Source of the DNA: Pseudomonas sp.
GTDB lineage: Bacteria > Pseudomonadota > Gammaproteobacteria > Pseudomonadales > Pseudomonadaceae
Reading direction: 5' to 3'
NCBI GenBank assembly: GCA_007117785.1
Contig: SKFV01000142.1
Span: 1-46,555, forward strand
DNA: 46,555 nt
Made by a program: the position numbers and the translations under genes. The notes under the pieces were generated by a model. That model was not told the DNA's origin and ran no database searches. It was given only the letters and a program-made list of their open reading frames with translations. This document shows, in pieces, positions 9,758 through 17,781 of this stretch. The stretch's first letter is position 1. Each line of letters opens with the position of its first letter.

Positions 9758-10659
9758 AGGCGCTGCTGTCGCGGTTCTTGCCCAGCGGCCGCGCACTGGT
9801 TATCAGTGTGCCCTTTCTCTGGCTGCTGCTGTTCTTCCTGCTGCCCTTTGCCATCGTCCTCAAGATCAGCTTTTCCGAAGCGGCCATTGCCGTGCCGCCC
9901 TACCAGCCATTGCTGCAGTACGCCCAGCAAACGCTGAATGTGGTACTTAACTTCGGCAACTATCTGTTCATTACCCAGGACGGTCTGTATCTGGCGGCCT
10001 ATCTCAGTTCACTGAAAATTGCCCTGATCACCACCCTGATCTGTCTCTGCCTTGGTTACCCGATGGCCTATGCCATTGCCCGCGCGCCACGCGAGCGGCA
10101 GTTGGTCTACCTGTTGCTGATTATCATGCCGACCTGGACAGCGATCCTGATCCGCGTCTATGCCTGGATGGGCATTCTCAGTAGCGGTGGTCTGCTCAAC
10201 AGTACCCTGCTCTCGCTCGGGCTGATCAGCTCGCCGCTGCAGATCCTGAATACCAATACCGCCGTGTATATCGGCCTGGTCTATGCCTATCTGCCGTTCA
10301 TGATCCTGCCGCTGTATGCCAACCTGGTGAAGCATGACAACACCCTGCTGGAAGCAGCCATGGATCTGGGAGCCGGGCGCATCAAGGCGTTCTGGAAGGT
10401 CACTATTCCGCTGTCCAAGGGAGGCATCATCACCGGCGCCATGCTGGTGTTCATCCCTGTGGTCGGTGAGTTCGTCGTCCCCGAACTGCTGGGCGGCCCG
10501 GAAACCCTGATGATCGGCAAGGTGCTCTGGCAGGAGTTCTTCAACAACCGTGACTGGCCGGTAGCTTCTGCACTGGCAATCATCATGTTGTTGATACTGA
10601 TTATTCCGATCACCCTGTTCCATTACACCCAGGCCCGGGAAATGGAGAAAAACGGATGA
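9754..10659 (+). CDS. spuG: Polyamine ABC transporter permease (PotH/SpuG)
   Basis: Multiple TM segments; LLEAAMDLGA (EAA loop); FFNNRDWPVASALA; ATGA overlap with the upstream gene. Confidence 0.92.
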   Translation: MKALLSRFLPSGRALVISVPFLWLLLFFLLPFAIVLKISFSEAAIAVPPYQPLLQYAQQTLNVVLNFGNYLFITQDGLYLAAYLSSLKIALITTLICLCLGYPMAYAIARAPRERQLVYLLLIIMPTWTAILIRVYAWMGILSSGGLLNSTLLSLGLISSPLQILNTNTAVYIGLVYAYLPFMILPLYANLVKHDNTLLEAAMDLGAGRIKAFWKVTIPLSKGGIITGAMLVFIPVVGEFVVPELLGGPETLMIGKVLWQEFFNNRDWPVASALAIIMLLILIIPITLFHYTQAREMEKNG

Positions 10660-11477
10660 AAGAGCGCTATCTATTTTCCACCTCGATGCTGTGGATCGGG
10701 CTGGCCTTTATCTACATCCCGATGATCATCATGGTCATCTATTCCTTCAATGCCTCGCGCCTGGTCACCGTCTGGGGTGGCTTCTCGCTGCACTGGTATA
10801 CCGGCCTGCTGGATAACAGCCAGTTGATGAATGCGGTCAAACGCAGTCTGCAGATTGCCCTGTACACCGCCACCGCTGCGGTTGCCCTGGGCACACTGGC
10901 CGCCTTTGTAATGACGCGCATTCGGCGTTTTCGTGGTCGTACCCTGTTTTCTGGCCTGGTCACCGCACCCCTGGTCATGCCTGAAGTGATCACCGGTCTG
11001 TCCCTGTTGCTGTTGTTTGTCGCCATGGCACAACTGATCGGCTGGCCCGCCCAGCGTGGCATGCTGACCATCTGGATTGCCCACACCACCTTCAGTACCG
11101 CCTATGTCGCCATTGTGGTCAGCAGTCGCCTGCGCGAGCTGGACCAGTCAGTGGAAGAGGCGGCGATGGACCTGGGTGCACCGCCGTGGAAAACCTTCCT
11201 CCTGATCACAGTGCCGATGATTGCGCCCTCGATCTTCGCAGGGTGGCTGTTGGCTTTCACTCTGTCGCTGGATGACCTGGTACTGGCCAGCTTCGTCTCC
11301 GGCCCGGGGGCTACCACCTTGCCGATGGAGGTCTTCTCCTCGGTACGCCTGGGCGTGAAGCCGGAAATCAATGCCGTCGCCAGTCTGATATTGCTGGTGG
11401 TATCGGTGTTCACTTTCCTCGTCTGGCTAGCCGTGCGCAGCGCCGAGAAGCGCAACCGCGCCAACCCGTCCGAATAG
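10656..11477 (+). CDS. spuH: Polyamine ABC transporter permease (PotI/SpuH)
   Basis: YSFNASRLVTVWGGFS, EEAAMDLGA, FTLSLDD and SVRLGVKPEINA motifs. Confidence 0.92.
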   Translation: MKERYLFSTSMLWIGLAFIYIPMIIMVIYSFNASRLVTVWGGFSLHWYTGLLDNSQLMNAVKRSLQIALYTATAAVALGTLAAFVMTRIRRFRGRTLFSGLVTAPLVMPEVITGLSLLLLFVAMAQLIGWPAQRGMLTIWIAHTTFSTAYVAIVVSSRLRELDQSVEEAAMDLGAPPWKTFLLITVPMIAPSIFAGWLLAFTLSLDDLVLASFVSGPGATTLPMEVFSSVRLGVKPEINAVASLILLVVSVFTFLVWLAVRSAEKRNRANPSE

Positions 11478-11491
11478 CACTTGCCTTTTAC

Positions 11492-11520
11492 AGCAGACCC
11501 GCTAAGGGTCTGCTTCACTT
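11492..11520 (+). terminator. Probable intrinsic terminator of the spu operon
   Basis: AGCAGACCC-gctaa-GGGTCTGCT followed by TCACTT, 14 nt after the stop; weak U-tract. Confidence 0.65.
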
Positions 11521-11768
11521 GTCAGTCCTGCTGCTTTAGCAATCAGCCCAAGGAGTGGTCTGTGCATGAAGGCGTATGTTAGACCGCTCGTCATGCAGCA
11601 TCTGCTATATTCAACCCATGGTTAAAGACGCGAAGAATAATTACCTGAGCTGGCATTGTGTTGTACGCCATCAACTTAACTAGTCATTGTTACCTGCATG
11701 GTTAGAATCAAGATCAAAGATAGTTATGCGCTTTTTGCTAATGTGTTTTGTAAGCCTTGGAGAGCAGA

Positions 11769-12158
11769 ATGGCAGAGTTGAAAAGGGTGCTTTATGTCGA
11801 AGACGACCCGGATATTCGTGAGATAGCCAGCATGGCACTGGTTGATGTCGGTGGGCTTGAGTTGCTGGCCTGCGAATCCGGCGCCCAGGCGTTGCGAGCA
11901 GTGGATGGCTTTGCTCCTCAAATGATCCTGCTGGATGTGATGATGCCTGAAATGAACGGGCCGCAAACGCTGGCAGCACTGAAAGAGCAAGGTTCAGTTT
12001 CCGACCATACTGCGGTGGCTTTTATGACGGCAAAAGTCCATCCCGAGGAGCTGTTACGCTATAAGGAAATCGGTGTTAAGGAAGTGATTGCCAAGCCCTT
12101 TGATCCCATGTTGCTTGCGGACCAGTTGCGTGCGTTCTGGGGGCGATTCAATAGCTGA
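11769..12158 (+). CDS. Single-domain response regulator (CheY-like REC)
   Basis: VLYVEDD, ILLDVMMP (phospho-Asp), FMTAK and IAKPF motifs; no output domain; RBS GGAG at 11759. Confidence 0.92.
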   Translation: MAELKRVLYVEDDPDIREIASMALVDVGGLELLACESGAQALRAVDGFAPQMILLDVMMPEMNGPQTLAALKEQGSVSDHTAVAFMTAKVHPEELLRYKEIGVKEVIAKPFDPMLLADQLRAFWGRFNS

Positions 12159-12230
12159 TAAGCGCCAGCTATAGGCCCTGTTGGCTTGGGTTCAGAGCAA
12201 AACCGTTTCAGGGTAGACAGGTGACCAGCT

Positions 12231-15200
12231 ATGCAACAACCCCCTCAGCCTGATAATGAAGCGCTCCGTCAGCGAGCGCTGATGTCAAGTGGGCTGCTCG
12301 ATAGCCTGGCTGAAGAGCGCTTCGATCGCATGACTCGCTTGGCGCAACGGCTGTTCCAGGTACCTATTGCTCTGATCACTCTGGTGGATGCTCAGCGGCA
12401 ATGGTTCAAGTCTTCACAGGGCCTTGATGTTACGGAAACCCCGCGCAGCCTGTCTTTCTGCGGGTATGCCATTTTGAGCGACCGGGTGCTGGTGATTGAG
12501 AACGCGCTGAATGATGAGCGATTTGCTGACAATCCTCTCGTTACTGGGCCCCCACATATCCGCTTTTATGCCGGCGCCCCGCTGAATTTTGCCGGTCATC
12601 GGATCGGTACGCTTTGTGTCATTGATGATAAACCACGCATTTTTTCAGCGCAGGATCAGAGTGCTCTCAGGGATATGGCTAACACCGTTGAGGCTCTGAT
12701 TATAGGCTCTGCGAGAGAGCGGCCCGATTTGGGGCTGGTATCGGACCTGGCCTTCGCGCACCGGATGATGGAGGGTATGCGGGAAGGCTTTTCTGTTATC
12801 TCTCCAGATGGTGTCCAACAGAAGGTTAATCCTGCCTTTTGCGCCATGACCGGGTTTTCCGCTGACGAACTGCTTGGGCAGAGACCGCCCTACCCTTATT
12901 GGCCAGAGGATCAGTATGCGGCAATCGAGCAAGCGTTAAGCACGACCGTGAGTGTTGGCAGCGGCCAGTTCGAGCTGATTTTCAAGAAAAAGAACGGTGA
13001 GCGCTTTCCGGTTGTTTTGTCGGTCAGCTCGCTCAAGGACGAACACGGCGAGCCTGTTTGTTTTTTCGCCAACATCCGTGACGTCAGCGCCGAGGTTGAG
13101 GCACAGCAGGCGCTAAAGGCCAGTAGGGATCAGTACGCCTCGCTGGTGGCCCATATACCGGGTGTGACCTACCGCTGCCTGCCCGACGAACACTGGACCA
13201 TGCTGTTTATCAGCAAACAGGTGGCATCGATCAGTGGATACAGCACCGAGGAGCTGCTCGAGAACGCCCGTATCAGCTATGCCAGGCTGATTCATCCCGA
13301 TGATGCAGACCGGGTTGAACGCGTTGTGCAACAAGCCATCACCGGTTGGCAGAGCTGGCATGTGGAATACCGTATCCGGCATAAACAGGGCGACTGGCGC
13401 TGGGTCGAGGAGCGCGGCCGCCCGGTGGCGGGTAACGCCGACCAGCCTGTACTTCTGGAGGGTTTTCTGGTTGATGTGACTCGTGATAAGCAAGCCCGAG
13501 AGCAACTGAACCGTAACCACGATGCGCTGTTCGTCCTCAATCGTATTGCCTGTCACGCGACGACCGACCTGAATGCAAAAATTGGCTTTGCTCTGGACCA
13601 GGCCAGAGAATTTCTACGCATGGATGCAGCCATCGTCAGCCAGATTGAGGGTGAGGTTTACTCTGTGCGCTGGCTGTCAGCCCCTCAAGGCTCTGGATTA
13701 GAGCCAGGGCAGCATTTTAGTCTTGGGGACACCTGGTGTCGGGTGCTGTTGAATGGCTTAGACGATGAGTTGTTGCTGCCGAACGCTACTGGCGCGGATT
13801 ATCGCGGCCACCCTTGCTATTCAAAGTTTCCTGTGGGCAGCTACATGGGTTTGGTGATCGAGGTCGAAAACCGGCTTTTTGGCACACTGAACTTTACCGC
13901 ACAGACTGCGCGCAGCAGTGATTTCGATGAGAGCGAGGCACTCTTTGCTCGTCTGCTGGCACAGTGGTTGGTCAACACGCTGGACGCTAACCTGAGCAAT
14001 CTTCGGCTGGACAAGCTGATGGCTCAGTTGCCAGGTACCTTGTATCAGTTCCGTCGCTTTCCGGATGGGCGCACAGTATTTCCTTTCAGCTCTCCGGGTA
14101 TCCGCACGCTGTATGGCATCAGCCCTCAGCAGGCAGCCGAAGATGCGACGGCAGCCTTCGAGCGGATTCATCCTGATGACCTACCGGTCATTGTCCAGTC
14201 CATCGAAGTGTCGGCAGACACCCTTGAGAACTGGCATGCCGCTTATCGCGTGCGTACTGATCAAGGTCAGTATCGTTGGGTGGCTGGAGAGGCACGGCCA
14301 GAACGTTTGGCGGACGGCAGTGTCCTTTGGCATGGGTTTATCCAGGATATTGACGCGCAGGAGCAGGTACGCCTGGCCATGGAGCGCAGTGAACAACGCT
14401 TGCGCAGCCTGTTTGAGTTTTCGCCGATTGGCATCGCGCTCAATGATCTCGAGACTGGCCAGTTTATCGATCTCAACCCGGCCCTGTTGGCGCCGACAGG
14501 CTATACACGAGAGGAATTCGTCAACCTCAGCTATTGGGATGTTACCCCCAAGGAATACGAATCGGAGGAAATCAAGGCGCTGGAGGGGCTCAAGAGCGAG
14601 GGCCGTTACGGGCCCTTTGAAAAGGAATACATCCGCAAGGATGGCAGCCGCTATCCGGTGCGGTTACAGGGTATGTTGACTCAGGATGCGGATGGTCGCG
14701 CGTTGATCTGGTTGCTGATCGAAGACATCAGCGAGCGGCGTCGGCTGGAGCGCATGAAGGGCCAGTTTATCGCTACCGTCAGCCATGAGCTGCGCACTCC
14801 CTTGACCTCAATCAGCGGTTCCCTGGGGTTGCTGGCGGGTGGGGCAGCAGGCAGTTTGCCGCAGAAGGCAGAATCTTTGGTGGCAACGGCATTGCGCAAT
14901 GCGCAGCGTCTTTCCTCCTTGATCAATGATCTGTTGGACATGGAGAAGTTGGTAGCGGGCAAGATGTCGATCAAGGCGCTGGAACAGCCTGTGTTGCCCG
15001 TGGTGCGAGAAGCTATCGAATCCATGCGGGACTATGCCAGCCGGCATCAGGTTGTGTTGCAACTGGTCAATCCGCTATCTGATGTACACGCTTTGGTGGA
15101 TGCTGAGCGCTTGATCCAGGCGATCAACAATCTGTTGTCCAATGCCGTCAAGTATTCACCTGAAGGCGACGTGGTCACTCTGGCCATGGCCATAGATAAC

Positions 15201-15449
15201 AACCGACTCCAGCTTTCGGTGCAAGACCGGGGGCCGGGTGTCGATCCGACATTCAAAGATCAGCTGTTCAAACGTTTTTCGCAGGCCGACAGTAGCGATA
15301 CCCGCAAATTACCCGGCACGGGGCTGGGGCTGGCCATTACCCGGGAGATCATCCACCAGTTGGGTGGTGAAGTGAGTTATGAGGATGCCCCCGGCGGTGG
15401 TAGCCGGTTTCAGATCTGCTTGCCCATCACAGAGGATCGACCTAAATGA
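12231..15449 (+). CDS. Cytoplasmic sensor histidine kinase, GAF-PAS-PAS-GAF-PAS-PAS-HisKA-HATPase
   Basis: GAF (EERFDRMTRLA..RQWFKS..FYAGAPL); PAS motifs (VNPAF, IHPDD twice, D(I/V)(S/T) ends); H-box SHELRTPL; N-box NLLSNAVKYS; G1 DRGPG; G2 GTGLGL; no TM segment. Confidence 0.92.
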   Translation: MQQPPQPDNEALRQRALMSSGLLDSLAEERFDRMTRLAQRLFQVPIALITLVDAQRQWFKSSQGLDVTETPRSLSFCGYAILSDRVLVIENALNDERFADNPLVTGPPHIRFYAGAPLNFAGHRIGTLCVIDDKPRIFSAQDQSALRDMANTVEALIIGSARERPDLGLVSDLAFAHRMMEGMREGFSVISPDGVQQKVNPAFCAMTGFSADELLGQRPPYPYWPEDQYAAIEQALSTTVSVGSGQFELIFKKKNGERFPVVLSVSSLKDEHGEPVCFFANIRDVSAEVEAQQALKASRDQYASLVAHIPGVTYRCLPDEHWTMLFISKQVASISGYSTEELLENARISYARLIHPDDADRVERVVQQAITGWQSWHVEYRIRHKQGDWRWVEERGRPVAGNADQPVLLEGFLVDVTRDKQAREQLNRNHDALFVLNRIACHATTDLNAKIGFALDQAREFLRMDAAIVSQIEGEVYSVRWLSAPQGSGLEPGQHFSLGDTWCRVLLNGLDDELLLPNATGADYRGHPCYSKFPVGSYMGLVIEVENRLFGTLNFTAQTARSSDFDESEALFARLLAQWLVNTLDANLSNLRLDKLMAQLPGTLYQFRRFPDGRTVFPFSSPGIRTLYGISPQQAAEDATAAFERIHPDDLPVIVQSIEVSADTLENWHAAYRVRTDQGQYRWVAGEARPERLADGSVLWHGFIQDIDAQEQVRLAMERSEQRLRSLFEFSPIGIALNDLETGQFIDLNPALLAPTGYTREEFVNLSYWDVTPKEYESEEIKALEGLKSEGRYGPFEKEYIRKDGSRYPVRLQGMLTQDADGRALIWLLIEDISERRRLERMKGQFIATVSHELRTPLTSISGSLGLLAGGAAGSLPQKAESLVATALRNAQRLSSLINDLLDMEKLVAGKMSIKALEQPVLPVVREAIESMRDYASRHQVVLQLVNPLSDVHALVDAERLIQAINNLLSNAVKYSPEGDVVTLAMAIDNNRLQLSVQDRGPGVDPTFKDQLFKRFSQADSSDTRKLPGTGLGLAITREIIHQLGGEVSYEDAPGGGSRFQICLPITEDRPK

Positions 15450-15476
15450 GTCATGATCGACCTACCGAACCGCGGG
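14763..15476 (+). repeat. Direct repeat, copy A (kinase core plus the first 31 nt of the next gene)
   Basis: Aligns without gaps to 17012-17725 at a constant offset of 2249 nt. Confidence 0.95.
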
Positions 15477-17695
15477 ATGCTGAAAGCGTAAAAGTTGGCC
15501 TTATGCCGCCCCTTACCGGCTTGGTCAGCATCTATGGAACAGAGATTCTCCGCGCCGCCCAGATTGCCTGTGCCGAGGTCAACGAACAGGGCGGCGTTCT
15601 GGGCCGACCACTGGAGCTTGTGGTCGAGGATGACGGCAGTTTACCGGAGAGCGCGGTCGCCGCAGCGGAAAAACTGGTGAAAAAGCATGGCTGCGCCGCC
15701 ATTATTGGCAACCTACTGTCCAACTCCCGAATTGCCGTTGCCTACCGTGTAGCTGAACCGAACCGAGTACCTTTACTCAACTTCTCATTCTACGAGGGCA
15801 GCATCCAGAGTCGCTATTTTTTCCACTTCGCCGCCCTGCCCAATCAGCAGATTGACCGTATGATCCCCTACATGCGGGAACAGTTCGGTCCGCGGTTTTT
15901 CTTTGCCGGGAATAATTATGAATGGCCCCGCGGGTCCATTACTGCCGCCAAGGACGCGTTGGCCAAGTGTGGTGGGGAGTCCCTGGGTGAGGAATACCGC
16001 GATATCGGCGTGACCGTAGACGAGATTGATCGACTGCTCGATGCTGTTGCGGCGACAGCCCCTGATGTCTTCGTGCCTTACTTTGCTGGCGCCGACCAGG
16101 TCAACCTGCTCACGCGCTTTGCAGAACGCGGGCTCAAGTCAAAAATGGCCGTGGTCATGGGGCACTATGACGAGATGATGGCGAGCAAACTGCCACCACA
16201 GGTGCGTGAGGGTCTCTACTCCAGCAACAGCTATTTCATGAGTATTGACAGCGATGCCAATCGAGATATTCTGGCGCGGCTTGGCCAGATGCCCGGTGTC
16301 AATGGCATCTGGCCGCGGGGCAATGGCACCCTCACCAACTTCAGCGAGGGTGCCTATGTCTGTGTCAAGGCATTTGCCGCGGCAGCCAATACCGTCGGCA
16401 GCACCGACGCCGAGGCGCTGGTCGATGAACTCAAGACCATTCACTTGACGGCGCCACAGGGCAGCGTGGTGATGGACTCGGTGATGCAGCATGCCTTGGT
16501 CAACTGCTATCTGACCCGATGCAACCGCGAGGGTGTCTTCGAGATCATCGAATCATTCGAACGCCAGCCACCAGTGATTCCCCAGCGCTACCGTCATCAG
16601 AAAATCGCCAGTCACGCCACCCTTGAGGACGACATTCGGCTGCAGGCGCGAATGCTGGAGCAGATGCAGGGCGGGGTTTTGCTCATCGATTCGGGCAGTC
16701 AGGCCATCATCTACGCCAATGCCGGTGCCGAGAAGATGTTTGGATACAAGCCCGGTGAACTGCTCAACACTCCGTGGCAGCAGCTCAGCCCACTTGATCG
16801 CGACGCTGAAATCGGCCGGTTGGAGGACGTTGCTGCCAACATCCTGCAACATGGTGCTTGGGAAGGAGAGCTGCGCCAGCGGCGAGAGGATGGGCGGGCG
16901 TTCCACTGTATGGTTTCGTTCAGTACCTTCACCCACCCGGTGCAGGGAGAGGTCTGGCTTGCTGTCTACACTGACATCTCTGAGCGCAAGCGTGTTGAAC
17001 AAATGAAAAATCAGTTTATCGCGACCGTCAGCCATGAATTGCGCACACCCTTGACCTCAATCAGTGGCTCCTTGGGGTTGCTGGCAGGCGGGGCTGCAGG
17101 CAGTTTGCCGCAGAAAGCTGAGTTGCTGGTTGCCAATGCCAGGCGTAATGCGCAGCGTCTTTCCACCTTGATCAATGATTTGTTGGATATGGAAAAGCTG
17201 GTGGCTGGCAAGATGCCGATGAAGCTATTGGATCAAGCGGTCTTGCCCCTGTTGATTGAGGCCATAGAGTCCATGAAGGGGTTTGCCAATCAGCAGCAGG
17301 TGACCTTGCAGCTGGTCAATCCGTTATCTGATGTGCACGTGTCGGTTGATGCTGAGCGCTTGATTCAGGCCATCAACAATCTGTTGTCCAATGCCGTCAA
17401 GTACTCACCTGAAGGCGACGTGGTAACTCTGGCCATGGCCATAGATAACAACCGACTCCAGCTTTCGATTCAAGACCGGGGGCCGGGTGTCGATGCGGCA
17501 TTCAAGGATCAGCTGTTCAAGCGTTTTTCGCAGGCTGACAGCAGCGATACGCGCAAATTACCCGGCACGGGGCTGGGGCTGGCCATTACCCGGGAGATCA
17601 TCCACCAGTTGGGTGGTGACGTAAGCTATGAAGATGCCCCCGGCGGCGGTAGTTTGTTTCGGATCTGCTTGCCCATCACAGAGGATCGACCTTGA
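15446..17695 (+). CDS. Histidine kinase with N-terminal AmiC/UrtA-like (type I periplasmic-binding fold) domain, PAS, HisKA and HATPase
   Basis: VKVGLMPPLTG, VNEQGGVLGRPLELVVEDDGS, SNSR, FYEG, ALPNQQ and NNYEWPR resemble amide/urea-binding proteins; PAS (YANAGAEKMFGY); H/N/G boxes intact; no signal peptide or TM segment. Confidence 0.88.
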   Translation: MSHDRPTEPRDAESVKVGLMPPLTGLVSIYGTEILRAAQIACAEVNEQGGVLGRPLELVVEDDGSLPESAVAAAEKLVKKHGCAAIIGNLLSNSRIAVAYRVAEPNRVPLLNFSFYEGSIQSRYFFHFAALPNQQIDRMIPYMREQFGPRFFFAGNNYEWPRGSITAAKDALAKCGGESLGEEYRDIGVTVDEIDRLLDAVAATAPDVFVPYFAGADQVNLLTRFAERGLKSKMAVVMGHYDEMMASKLPPQVREGLYSSNSYFMSIDSDANRDILARLGQMPGVNGIWPRGNGTLTNFSEGAYVCVKAFAAAANTVGSTDAEALVDELKTIHLTAPQGSVVMDSVMQHALVNCYLTRCNREGVFEIIESFERQPPVIPQRYRHQKIASHATLEDDIRLQARMLEQMQGGVLLIDSGSQAIIYANAGAEKMFGYKPGELLNTPWQQLSPLDRDAEIGRLEDVAANILQHGAWEGELRQRREDGRAFHCMVSFSTFTHPVQGEVWLAVYTDISERKRVEQMKNQFIATVSHELRTPLTSISGSLGLLAGGAAGSLPQKAELLVANARRNAQRLSTLINDLLDMEKLVAGKMPMKLLDQAVLPLLIEAIESMKGFANQQQVTLQLVNPLSDVHVSVDAERLIQAINNLLSNAVKYSPEGDVVTLAMAIDNNRLQLSIQDRGPGVDAAFKDQLFKRFSQADSSDTRKLPGTGLGLAITREIIHQLGGDVSYEDAPGGGSLFRICLPITEDRP

Positions 17696-17725
17696 TGAGT
17701 CATGATCGACCTACCGAACCGCGGG
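17012..17725 (+). repeat. Direct repeat, copy B
   Basis: Partner of 14763-15476; includes an identical ATGAGTCATGATCGACCTACCGAACCGCGGG overlapping and following the stop codon. Confidence 0.95.
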
Positions 17726-17781
17726 TTGAGAATTGCGAGTCAATGATCGCAAGCCCAGAAAATCGCTGGAGTGAATGTTGA
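17695..17781 (+). other. 28-codon mini-ORF (MSHDRPTEPRVENCESMIASPENRWSEC), a duplicated N-terminus of the AmiC-like kinase
   Basis: TGATG overlap with the upstream stop; first 10 codons identical to 15446-15475; its stop lies within the start region of the next kinase. Translation is unproven. Confidence 0.4.

Noticed and set aside
7292-9796. Long minus-strand ORFs of 403 and 393 aa
   Set aside because: Mirror frames of spuD and spuF, expected from high-GC codon bias; no independent motifs.
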